A stretch of DNA of 64,000 nt from an uncultured bacterium (lineage in GTDB: Bacteria; Krumholzibacteriota; Krumholzibacteriia; JACNKJ01). Below the pieces are notes generated by a model. That model did no database searches. It was given only the letters and a program-made list of their open reading frames with translations, and was not told the origin of the DNA. This document shows, one piece after another, positions 7,918 to 15,311 of this stretch. Position numbers and translations under genes: made by a program. The stretch is from contig CAYTPZ010000007.1 of the NCBI GenBank assembly GCA_964440095.1, positions 838 to 64,837 of the forward strand, given 5' to 3'. Every line of letters starts with the position of its first letter. Within the stretch, counting starts at the first letter, position 1.

Positions 7918-9759
7918 ATGAAGAAACTTCTCTCTCTCATGCTTCTTCTCATGGTGTCGCTGCCTGTCTCGGCTCAGTTGCTGACGACCTGCTACGATAT
8001 CAATACCGGACTGGTGCCTGAGTACACCTTCGTCCGCGTTGAGGCACTCATAGTCACGGCCGTAGCCGACTACGGTTACTACGCCCAGGAACAGGCCGGC
8101 GGTCCCTACGCCGGTATGTGGATTTACACCGGCAGCGGCGATCCGCCGACCGAGATCATCGGCGACATCGTCAATGTCGAAGGCGAATACTACGAGTACT
8201 ACGACTACTCGGAAATCGACATGACGGCCATGGGCGGCGACGAGTACGTGGGATTCGGCACCAGCCCCGATCCTGAAGTGCTCCGTGCCGTTCAGGTTAA
8301 GGTGGAGAATCCTCTCGAGGCCGAAAAGTGGGAAGCCATGCTCGTTCAGGTGCTCAACCTGGATCCGCTTCCCGACGATCTCGGTTACGGCGAGTGGTGG
8401 GGTCTTGAGTTCGGTTACGCCGACAATGACACCGCGCGCTTCGATGATCAGTTCACCTACGGTCAGCCTCTGCCCGGCCAGATGATGGAAAGCGCAACCG
8501 GAACCCTGCGTTTCGGTTACGGCTTCTTCAAGGTCGAGCCTCGCGGCAACTATGACCTGGTTTTCGTGGGCGCCGAGCCCGCGCCGAACCTGGACTACGC
8601 GGTTTGCACGGGCGATGCCACCATCGATGTGCGCTTCGATCGCGAAGTGGATCAGACCACCGCGGAAAATCCCTGGAACTACTTCCTGGATGCCGGGCTC
8701 GTGAGCACGGCCGTCCTGGATGCCACGGATCCCACCCTGGTGCACCTGACCCTGACCGCCGACATGCCCATCGAGCTGTACATGACCCTTACGGTCTTCG
8801 ACGTGCAGAACACCACGGGCATTCCCATGACTCCGCAGGACGTGAGCTTCTGGGGCGGCATCAACACCGTCGCTTTTGTGAACACGCCTGATGCGGAAGG
8901 CAACAGCATCCTCGACCAGCAGGTCGTCACCTTCAAGGGCGTGCTTTCCGCCAAGTTGGAAAACCGCGCCTACTTCACCGATGAAGCCGGCGGCGATTAC
9001 TCCGGCATCGAGGTCTATTGCCCGGCCATCATCGATGACCTAGCAATCGGCGACCTCTATATCATCGGCGACTTCCTGAGCGAGTACTACGGGATGACTT
9101 CGATCACCTATCCCTTCTACTACTCGGAACTGGTTTCCTCGGGCAACACTCCCCCGGCGCCTCCGGTCATCGGAATCTCCGGCGTGGACATGGAGCTTTA
9201 CGAATGCCAGTTGGTCGTTGTGGATGACGTCACAGTCGCCACATTCCCCACCTGGGAAACCTACGGAGAGTGGTGGGTCTACTATCCGCGCGGCGATTCC
9301 CTCAAGGTCGGCGAGAACGGCGAAGTGAGCGACTACGATTACAACCCCGTGATCGGCGACATCATCGATCTCACGGGCGTGCTTCGTTTCACCTATGACG
9401 AGTTCAAGGTGTATCCCCGCGATAACTCCGACATCGTCATCGTGTTCGATAACCCGCCCACCGACGTGCTGCCCGCCGGCGCCTCGGTCATGCTGGGTCA
9501 GAACTTCCCCAACCCCTTCAACCCGAGCACCAAGATCAGCTTCCGCATCGATCGCGAGAAGCAGGTGCGTCTTGAAGTCGTGGGCGTCGACGGACGTCGC
9601 GTCGCGCTGCTTCAGGATGGAATGATGGGCGAGGGCGAGCACTCCGTCGTCTGGGATGGCCGGACCGACAGTGGTGAGCAGGCTGCGAGCGGCCTCTACT
9701 ACTACAGTCTGATCACTCCGGATGAAGTCTTGTCCAACAAGATGGTGCTCTTGAAGTAA
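7918..9759 (+). CDS. Secreted protein with duplicated OB-fold-like modules, Big_5-like Ig domain and FlgD/T9SS-type CTD
   Basis: ATG at 7918 gives signal peptide MKKLLSLMLLLMVSLPVSA. Internal repeats (YGEWW twice; LRF.Y..FKV.PR twice). Also VRFDREVDQTTAENPWNY and the tail GQNFPNPFNPSTKISF...ASGLYYYSL...KMVLLK. Confidence 0.75.
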   Translation: MKKLLSLMLLLMVSLPVSAQLLTTCYDINTGLVPEYTFVRVEALIVTAVADYGYYAQEQAGGPYAGMWIYTGSGDPPTEIIGDIVNVEGEYYEYYDYSEIDMTAMGGDEYVGFGTSPDPEVLRAVQVKVENPLEAEKWEAMLVQVLNLDPLPDDLGYGEWWGLEFGYADNDTARFDDQFTYGQPLPGQMMESATGTLRFGYGFFKVEPRGNYDLVFVGAEPAPNLDYAVCTGDATIDVRFDREVDQTTAENPWNYFLDAGLVSTAVLDATDPTLVHLTLTADMPIELYMTLTVFDVQNTTGIPMTPQDVSFWGGINTVAFVNTPDAEGNSILDQQVVTFKGVLSAKLENRAYFTDEAGGDYSGIEVYCPAIIDDLAIGDLYIIGDFLSEYYGMTSITYPFYYSELVSSGNTPPAPPVIGISGVDMELYECQLVVVDDVTVATFPTWETYGEWWVYYPRGDSLKVGENGEVSDYDYNPVIGDIIDLTGVLRFTYDEFKVYPRDNSDIVIVFDNPPTDVLPAGASVMLGQNFPNPFNPSTKISFRIDREKQVRLEVVGVDGRRVALLQDGMMGEGEHSVVWDGRTDSGEQAASGLYYYSLITPDEVLSNKMVLLK

Positions 9760-9764
9760 TAATC

Positions 9765-9833
9765 ACGGGGAGGGAATTACCCTCCCCGTATACAGCTTCG
9801 AAAGTTATACGGGGAGGGTAATTCCCTCCCCGT
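9765..9833. repeat. REP-like doublet: perfect 28-bp inverted repeat whose arms are themselves hairpins
   Basis: ACGGGGAGGGAATTACCCTCCCCGTATA (9765-9792) and its exact reverse complement (9806-9833) flank a 13-nt spacer. May also act as a terminator. Confidence 0.85.
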
Positions 9834-9856
9834 ATTCATGTGCACAAGAGCTGGGT

Positions 9857-10675
9857 ATGGAAGAGCATCGCATTTACATTCATTTGCCTTTGAGTATGTA
9901 CGCCAAGTATCGGGACGCGGTGCTTGCCATGCCCGTGGGGCTCGAACTGCTCGTGGATCACGAGGTGCTCGTGCCCGAGTTCCGTGGCGAAATGAAAGAC
10001 ATCGCCGCCGAAATCAGGGAGCGCAAGATTCCCTGCCGCTTCCATGCGCCCTTCCGCAATCTGTATCCCGCCGGTCACGATCCCGAAGCGGTGGACCTGG
10101 CTCGTCGGCGTCTGCTAAGCACCTTGGCCTTGGCTCCCAAGTTTGGCGCGAAGCATCTGGTGGTTCATCCCGCCTGGGATCCTCGCGGCGACATCCTCGA
10201 TCGGGAAGCCTGGCTGGACCGGGCCGAGGCTTTCTGGAGCTCTATGATTCCATCCCTGGAAGCCGCCGATGCGGCTTTCGTTTTGGAGAACATCTTCGAC
10301 CTGGATCCCTCGCTCCTGGTGGACCTGCTCGCCCGGCTCTCCCCCGAGCGATTCGGCTTCCTCTTCGACACGGGCCACTTCAACGCCTTTTCCGAAGTCC
10401 GCCTGGACGACTGGCTGAGCGCCCTGGAACCGCGCCTACAGTCCATTCACATCCACGATAATGCCGGTCAGCACGACGAGCACCTGGCATTGGGCCAGGG
10501 AAGCTTTCCCTGGGGCGATCTTTTCGAGTGGGTGGGTGGGCAAAATCGTCCCCTGGAGTGGACATTGGAAAATCGCAGCGTGGAGGATGTTATTGCTAGC
10601 CTTCGCTTTCTGGGCCAGAGCTCGGGAATTTCCGAGTTCAGACCCCTGGCCGAGCTAGCCCTGCCCCAGGCCTAG
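9857..10675 (+). CDS. Sugar-phosphate isomerase/epimerase (AP endonuclease 2-like TIM barrel) family protein
   Basis: Metal-binding motifs FHAP, VVHP, LEN, FDTGH, HIHDN, DEHL..G.G..W, LEN. Confidence 0.75.
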   Translation: MEEHRIYIHLPLSMYAKYRDAVLAMPVGLELLVDHEVLVPEFRGEMKDIAAEIRERKIPCRFHAPFRNLYPAGHDPEAVDLARRRLLSTLALAPKFGAKHLVVHPAWDPRGDILDREAWLDRAEAFWSSMIPSLEAADAAFVLENIFDLDPSLLVDLLARLSPERFGFLFDTGHFNAFSEVRLDDWLSALEPRLQSIHIHDNAGQHDEHLALGQGSFPWGDLFEWVGGQNRPLEWTLENRSVEDVIASLRFLGQSSGISEFRPLAELALPQA

Positions 10676-10694
10676 AAAAGGCCCTGGGGCCGCC

Positions 10695-10723
10695 TTGACA
10701 GCGCTCTAAGCCTTTGCTAGATT
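10695..10723 (+). promoter_or_regulatory. Sigma70-type promoter of the rplM-rpsI operon
   Basis: TTGACA-17 nt-TAGATT. Confidence 0.75.
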
Positions 10724-10745
10724 GGCCGTTCACTGTGTTTCAAAA

Positions 10746-10796
10746 CCCGTGCTCCCGTCCTAACGGGCCCTATGTCCGTAATGGGGGAAGTGCGGG
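10746..10796 (+). promoter_or_regulatory. Structured 5' leader of rplM (candidate L13 autoregulatory element)
   Basis: Three-way junction: P1 10746-53/10789-96, P2 10754-58/10763-67, P3 10768-73/10781-86. Confidence 0.45.
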
Positions 10797-10816
10797 ATTC
10801 CCTCATGGAGGCGAGA

Positions 10817-11251
10817 ATGAAAACCCATGTCGTGAAGGCTGGGGACATCCAGGAGACTTGGTACATCGTGGATGCCGAGGGCCTCACTCTCGGGCGGCTC
10901 TCGTCGCAGGTGGCGCAGGTAATTCGTGGCAAGCATCGCCCCGATTTTACGCCCCACCTGAACTTGGGAGATCATGTCATTGTCGTGAACGCTGAAAAGG
11001 TTCACGTGACTGGCCGTAAGCTGGAGAAGAAGACTTACTCCAGCTACTCCGGCTACCAGAGCGGTCTCAAGGTCACCACTCTCGCTGAGATGTTGACCAA
11101 GAAGCCCACCGAAGTGATCACCCACGCCGTCCGCGGCATGTTGCCGAAAAACCGCCTGGGAAGAAGCTTGGCCAAGAACCTGCGTGTTTACGCCGGTCCC
11201 AGCCATCCCCATGGCGCTCAGAAGCCCCAGCCTCTCGAAATCGAAGGCTAG
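10817..11251 (+). CDS. rplM: 50S ribosomal protein L13
   Basis: MKTHVVK...WYIVDAEGLTLGRLSSQVA...GKHRPDFTPH...GDHVIVVNAEKV. ATG at 10817 follows GGAG. Confidence 0.97.
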   Translation: MKTHVVKAGDIQETWYIVDAEGLTLGRLSSQVAQVIRGKHRPDFTPHLNLGDHVIVVNAEKVHVTGRKLEKKTYSSYSGYQSGLKVTTLAEMLTKKPTEVITHAVRGMLPKNRLGRSLAKNLRVYAGPSHPHGAQKPQPLEIEG

Positions 11252-11274
11252 CGGAAATCAAGGAGAATTGATCG

Positions 11275-11664
11275 ATGTCCGAAATCTGGAATGCCACCGG
11301 TCGTCGCAAGGAATCCGTTGCTCGTGTGAGGATCACGCGTGGCACGGGTAAGCAGACGGTTAATGGCTTGGCCCTGGACGATTACTTCGGCCGCCGAAAC
11401 ATCATCATCGAGGTGCGTCAGCCCCTCGAGTACGTCGATATGATGGATAAGATCGACGTTGCCGCCCGCGTAGACGGGGGCGGTAAGGGTGGACAGGCCG
11501 GCGCCGTGCGTCTGGGAATCTCCCGAGCTCTGGTGGAAATGGACGAGGAACTTAAGAAGACGCTGCGCGGCACCGGTTGCCTGACCCGCGATCCCCGTAT
11601 GAAGGAACGCAAGAAGTATGGTCAGCCCGGAGCTCGTAAGCGCTTCCAGTTCTCGAAGCGTTAG
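11275..11664 (+). CDS. rpsI: 30S ribosomal protein S9
   Basis: ATGRRKESVARV...GGGKGGQAGAVRLGISRAL...LTRDPRMKERKKYGQPGARKRFQFSKR. Confidence 0.98.
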   Translation: MSEIWNATGRRKESVARVRITRGTGKQTVNGLALDDYFGRRNIIIEVRQPLEYVDMMDKIDVAARVDGGGKGGQAGAVRLGISRALVEMDEELKKTLRGTGCLTRDPRMKERKKYGQPGARKRFQFSKR

Positions 11665-11676
11665 ACAAGAAGAACG

Positions 11677-11755
11677 TCACACGACGGTGGACCGGGGCCG
11701 GGTCTCCCTTTGGGGAGGAAGTCCTGGGGTGAAGCCGTCGGAGGAAAACAACCCG
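11677..11755 (+). promoter_or_regulatory. rpsB (S2) leader RNA candidate
   Basis: CACAC...CGACGG/CCGTCG stem with an internal CTCCC/GGGAG hairpin, then GGAGGAAAACAACCC. Resembles the known S2 autoregulatory leader. Confidence 0.5.
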
Positions 11756-11766
11756 CAGGAGGAAGC

Positions 11767-12618
11767 GTGAACTTCAATATCAGCATCAAAGATATGCTGG
11801 AAGCAGGAGTCCACTTCGGGCATCAGACCCGTCGCTGGAACCCGAAGATGAAGCCCTTCATCTTCGCCGAGAAAAACGGCATCTACATCATCGATCTGCA
11901 GCAGAGCATGCGCCAGGCGCAGGTGGCCTACGAGGCCATCCGCCAGGTCGCGGCCACCGGCGCCCCCGTCTTGTTCGTGGGGCCCAAGAAGCAGGCCATC
12001 GATATCATCCAGGAAGAGGCCGAACGCTGCGACCAGCACTACGTGATCGAGCGTTGGCTGGGTGGATTGCTCACTAACTTCCAGACCGTCCGCAAGAGCC
12101 TCGATCGCCTCGAAGAGATTGAGAACTGGGAAAAGGACGGCACCATCGAGCAGTTCAGCAAGAAGGAGCGGATGCAGCTTACCAAGAAGCGCGCCCGGCT
12201 CCAGCGCATGCTCGGCGGAATCCGCAAGATGGACAAGCGCCCGGGACTCATCTTCGTGGTCGACACGCAGATCAGTGACATCGCCATCAAGGAAGCCAAG
12301 GTGCTCGGCGTACCCGTCGTGGCCCTGGTCGATACCAATTGCGACCCGGATCCCGTGGACTATCCCATCGCCGCTAACGACGACGCCATCCGCTCTATCA
12401 AGCTCTTCACCAAGATGGTCTCCGAGGCCGTCGAAGAAGGCCGCTCGATGATGAAGGAAAAGGCCGCTCTTGAGGTGGCCAAGGCCGAGAAGGAAAAGGC
12501 GGAGAAGCAGAAAGCCGCGGCCGATAAGGCCAAAGCCGCTGCTGCGGAAGAGAAGGCCGAAAAGCCCGAAGAGGGCGAGGCCAAAAAGGCCGAAGACAAA
12601 CCGGCTCTCGACGCCTAA
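11767..12618 (+). CDS. rpsB: 30S ribosomal protein S2 with Lys/Ala/Glu-rich tail
   Basis: MLEAGVHFGHQTRRWNPKM...RWLGGLLTN...DTNCDPD..DYPIAANDDAIRSI. GTG start at 11767. Confidence 0.97.
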   Translation: MNFNISIKDMLEAGVHFGHQTRRWNPKMKPFIFAEKNGIYIIDLQQSMRQAQVAYEAIRQVAATGAPVLFVGPKKQAIDIIQEEAERCDQHYVIERWLGGLLTNFQTVRKSLDRLEEIENWEKDGTIEQFSKKERMQLTKKRARLQRMLGGIRKMDKRPGLIFVVDTQISDIAIKEAKVLGVPVVALVDTNCDPDPVDYPIAANDDAIRSIKLFTKMVSEAVEEGRSMMKEKAALEVAKAEKEKAEKQKAAADKAKAAAAEEKAEKPEEGEAKKAEDKPALDA

Positions 12619-12659
12619 ACCACATCCACCTAATTCGCTAGCGCTTAGAAGGAGACGCC

Positions 12660-13259
12660 ATGAGCGTGGACGCAAAGATTGTGAAGGAACTCCGGGATAA
12701 AACTGGAGCGGGTATGATGGACTGCAAAGCCGCCTTGGCCGAGTCCGGCGGTGACATGGAGAAGGCCGTCGACTTCCTGCGGACCAAGGGACTTGCCGCC
12801 GCCAAAAAGAAGGCCGGCCGCGCCACCAACGAAGGTCTGGTCTACTCCTACATCCACCCCGGCGGTAAGGTCGGTGTATTGGTGGAGATCTCCTGCGAGA
12901 CCGACTTCGTCGCTCGCACGGATGAATTCCAGAAGTTCTGCAAGGACGTGGCCATGCACGTGGCCGCTGCCAGCCCACTGGCTCTGAACACCGAAGATCT
13001 CGACCCTGCTATCGTTGATAGAGAGCGCGAGATCGCCAAGCAGCAGGCCATAGAATCCGGCAAGCCCGAGAACATCGCCGAGAAAATCGTCGAGGGTCGT
13101 GTGGGCAAGTTCTACAAAGAGGTCTGCCTCATGGAGCAGGCCTATGTGAAAGATCCGAATATGACGGTGAAGGATCTGGTCGATACGACCATCGGTTCCC
13201 TGGGTGAAAACATGGGAATCCGTCGGTTCTCCCGTTTCCAGCTTGGAGAGGAACTCTAG
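12660..13259 (+). CDS. tsf: Elongation factor Ts (short form)
   Basis: VKELRDKTGAGMMDCK...CETDFVAR...RRFSRFQLGE. Confidence 0.97.
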   Translation: MSVDAKIVKELRDKTGAGMMDCKAALAESGGDMEKAVDFLRTKGLAAAKKKAGRATNEGLVYSYIHPGGKVGVLVEISCETDFVARTDEFQKFCKDVAMHVAAASPLALNTEDLDPAIVDREREIAKQQAIESGKPENIAEKIVEGRVGKFYKEVCLMEQAYVKDPNMTVKDLVDTTIGSLGENMGIRRFSRFQLGEEL

Positions 13260-13283
13260 CAGGTCGAGGACCCCAAGGAGATC

Positions 13284-13997
13284 ATGCCTTCGTCCCAATA
13301 TCAGCGCGTCGTTCTGAAGCTGAGCGGTGAAACTCTCTCCGGAGAGGGAGAACAAGGCGTCGATTTCCAGAAGGTGGCGATTCTCTGCGAAGAGTTGAAG
13401 CCGGCTCTCGAATCGGGCATTCAGATTGCGCTGGTGCTCGGCGGCGGAAACATCTTCCGCGGTCGTGACGCCGCCGACCTTCAGATGGACCGGGTGGCTG
13501 CAGACCGACTGGGAATGCTGGCCACCATCGTGAATGCATCAGCCCTGGGAGCGGCTCTCGCCTCCCGGGGCTTTTCTACTAGGGTATTCAGCGCCACGCC
13601 CATGAGCCCCTTGGCCGAACCCTATAGCGTGGAGGCGGCTCGCACGGCTCTGGATCAGGGGGACTTGGTTCTGGCCTCGGGCGGCATCGGAAGTCCCTTT
13701 TTCTCCACCGATACCACGGCGGCCCTGCGTGCCCTGGAGCTAGGGGCACAGGCTCTGCTTAAGGGGACTAAGGTTGATGGAGTCTACGCCAGCGACCCTA
13801 AGCTTGACCCCACCGCCACCCGATATGATACCCTGAGCTATGACGAAGCTCTGGCCAAAGATCTGAAAGTCATGGATGCTACGGCCATGGCGCTTTGCCG
13901 CGACGGCGGTCTGCCCGTGAGGGTTTTCGACTTCTCGACGCCCGGCAATTTGAAACGCATTCTGAGCGGGGAGCCACTGGGCACCCTGCTGCAATAA
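13284..13997 (+). CDS. pyrH: Uridylate kinase
   Basis: RVVLKLSGE...GGGNIFRG...GMLAT...PFFSTDTTAALRA...VDGVYASDP. Confidence 0.95.
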   Translation: MPSSQYQRVVLKLSGETLSGEGEQGVDFQKVAILCEELKPALESGIQIALVLGGGNIFRGRDAADLQMDRVAADRLGMLATIVNASALGAALASRGFSTRVFSATPMSPLAEPYSVEAARTALDQGDLVLASGGIGSPFFSTDTTAALRALELGAQALLKGTKVDGVYASDPKLDPTATRYDTLSYDEALAKDLKVMDATAMALCRDGGLPVRVFDFSTPGNLKRILSGEPLGTLLQ

Positions 13998-14008
13998 GGA
14001 GGCCCAGG

Positions 14009-14566
14009 ATGATCGACGAACTGCTCATGGATGTGGAAGCACGCATGGTGAAAACTCATCAGGCGACTCAAACGGAATTCACCCGCATTCGCGCGGGGCG
14101 CGCCAATGCAGCCATCCTCGACGGCATCCGTGTGGACTATTACGGAACGGCCACCCCCTTGAACCAGGTGGCCGGCATGGCCACCCCCGAGCCGCGCCTC
14201 ATCACGATTTCGCCTTGGGAAAAGCCCATGGTTCAGGAAATCGTGAAGGCCATCCAGGCCAGCGATCTCGGCCTTAATCCAGCCAGCGACGGCAATATCA
14301 TCCGCATTCCCATTCCACCCCTCACCGAGGAGACGCGCAAAGATCTGGTCAAGCGCGTGAAGGTGCTGGCCGAAGAAGGCCGGGTGGCCATTCGCAATAT
14401 TCGTCGCAGCGGCATCGAAGATGCGAAGAAGGCACAGAAGGGCAAGGACATCACCGAGGATGATCTGAAGCTCGTCTCGGACAAGATCCAAAAACTCACC
14501 GACCGTTTCGTGGAGGAAGTGGACAAAAGCCTGGACTCCAAGGTCCAGGAGATCATGGAAGTCTGA
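14009..14566 (+). CDS. frr: Ribosome recycling factor
   Basis: IRAGRAN...VDYYG..TPLNQVA...LNPASDG..IRIPIPPLTEETRK...VAIRNIRR. ATG at 14009. Confidence 0.96.
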   Translation: MIDELLMDVEARMVKTHQATQTEFTRIRAGRANAAILDGIRVDYYGTATPLNQVAGMATPEPRLITISPWEKPMVQEIVKAIQASDLGLNPASDGNIIRIPIPPLTEETRKDLVKRVKVLAEEGRVAIRNIRRSGIEDAKKAQKGKDITEDDLKLVSDKIQKLTDRFVEEVDKSLDSKVQEIMEV

Positions 14567-14573
14567 GGACGCC

Positions 14574-15311
14574 ATGAGCGATGCGTCGAGCCTCAAGGAG
14601 GGGGTTCTCAAGCGGGGGAATCTCCCTCGACACGTTGCCATCATCATGGACGGCAACGGTCGTTGGGCCAAGAAGCGGGCCATGCCTCGCATCATGGGCC
14701 ACCGCGAGGGCCGCAAAGCTGTTCGGCGCATCACCGAGTCCGCCCGCGAAATCGGCATCGAGTATCTAACTCTCTACACCTTCTCCACCGAGAACTGGAT
14801 GCGTCCTCTCAGCGAGGTCACGGCCCTCATGGGTTTCCTCGAAGAGGTTCTCAAGGATGAGATCGAAAATCTGGGCGAGAATGGAATTCGTCTGAAAGCC
14901 ATGGGACGTCTGGATCAGCTACCCGAGCACACTCGCAAAGCACTGGATGCGGGCATCGAACGCCTCTCGGATAACTCGAAGATGACGCTGACCTTGGCAC
15001 TCAGCTACGGCGGTCGCGCCGAAATCGCCGATGCGGCCAAGAGTCTGGCCAAGGCCGCGGCGGCGGGCACATTGGACGCAGAATCCATCGATGAAGACAT
15101 TTTCGCCCGGCAGCTATACCTGCCCGACAATCCGCCGGTGGATCTGCTCATCCGCACCAGCGGCGAATCACGCATCAGCAACTTCTGCTTGTGGCAACTG
15201 GCCTATTCGGAGATTCACATCACCGATACCTTGTGGCCCGACTTCGCCGCCGAGCATCTCTATTGTGCGGTATCCGACTACCAGGGAAGGGAGCGGCGCT
15301 ATGGCAAGTGA
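14574..15311 (+). CDS. uppS: Undecaprenyl diphosphate synthase
   Basis: PRHVAIIMDGNGRWA...YTFSTENW.RP...DLLIRTSGESRISNFCLWQLAYSE. Confidence 0.96.
   Translation: MSDASSLKEGVLKRGNLPRHVAIIMDGNGRWAKKRAMPRIMGHREGRKAVRRITESAREIGIEYLTLYTFSTENWMRPLSEVTALMGFLEEVLKDEIENLGENGIRLKAMGRLDQLPEHTRKALDAGIERLSDNSKMTLTLALSYGGRAEIADAAKSLAKAAAAGTLDAESIDEDIFARQLYLPDNPPVDLLIRTSGESRISNFCLWQLAYSEIHITDTLWPDFAAEHLYCAVSDYQGRERRYGK

Noticed and set aside
12420-12618. Lys/Ala/Glu-rich low-complexity tail of S2
   Set aside because: Such extensions are common in RpsB and need no special explanation.
11677-14758. Minus-strand ORFs of 433, 236 and 306 aa over rpsB-tsf-frr
   Set aside because: Antisense to essential genes, with no independent coding evidence.
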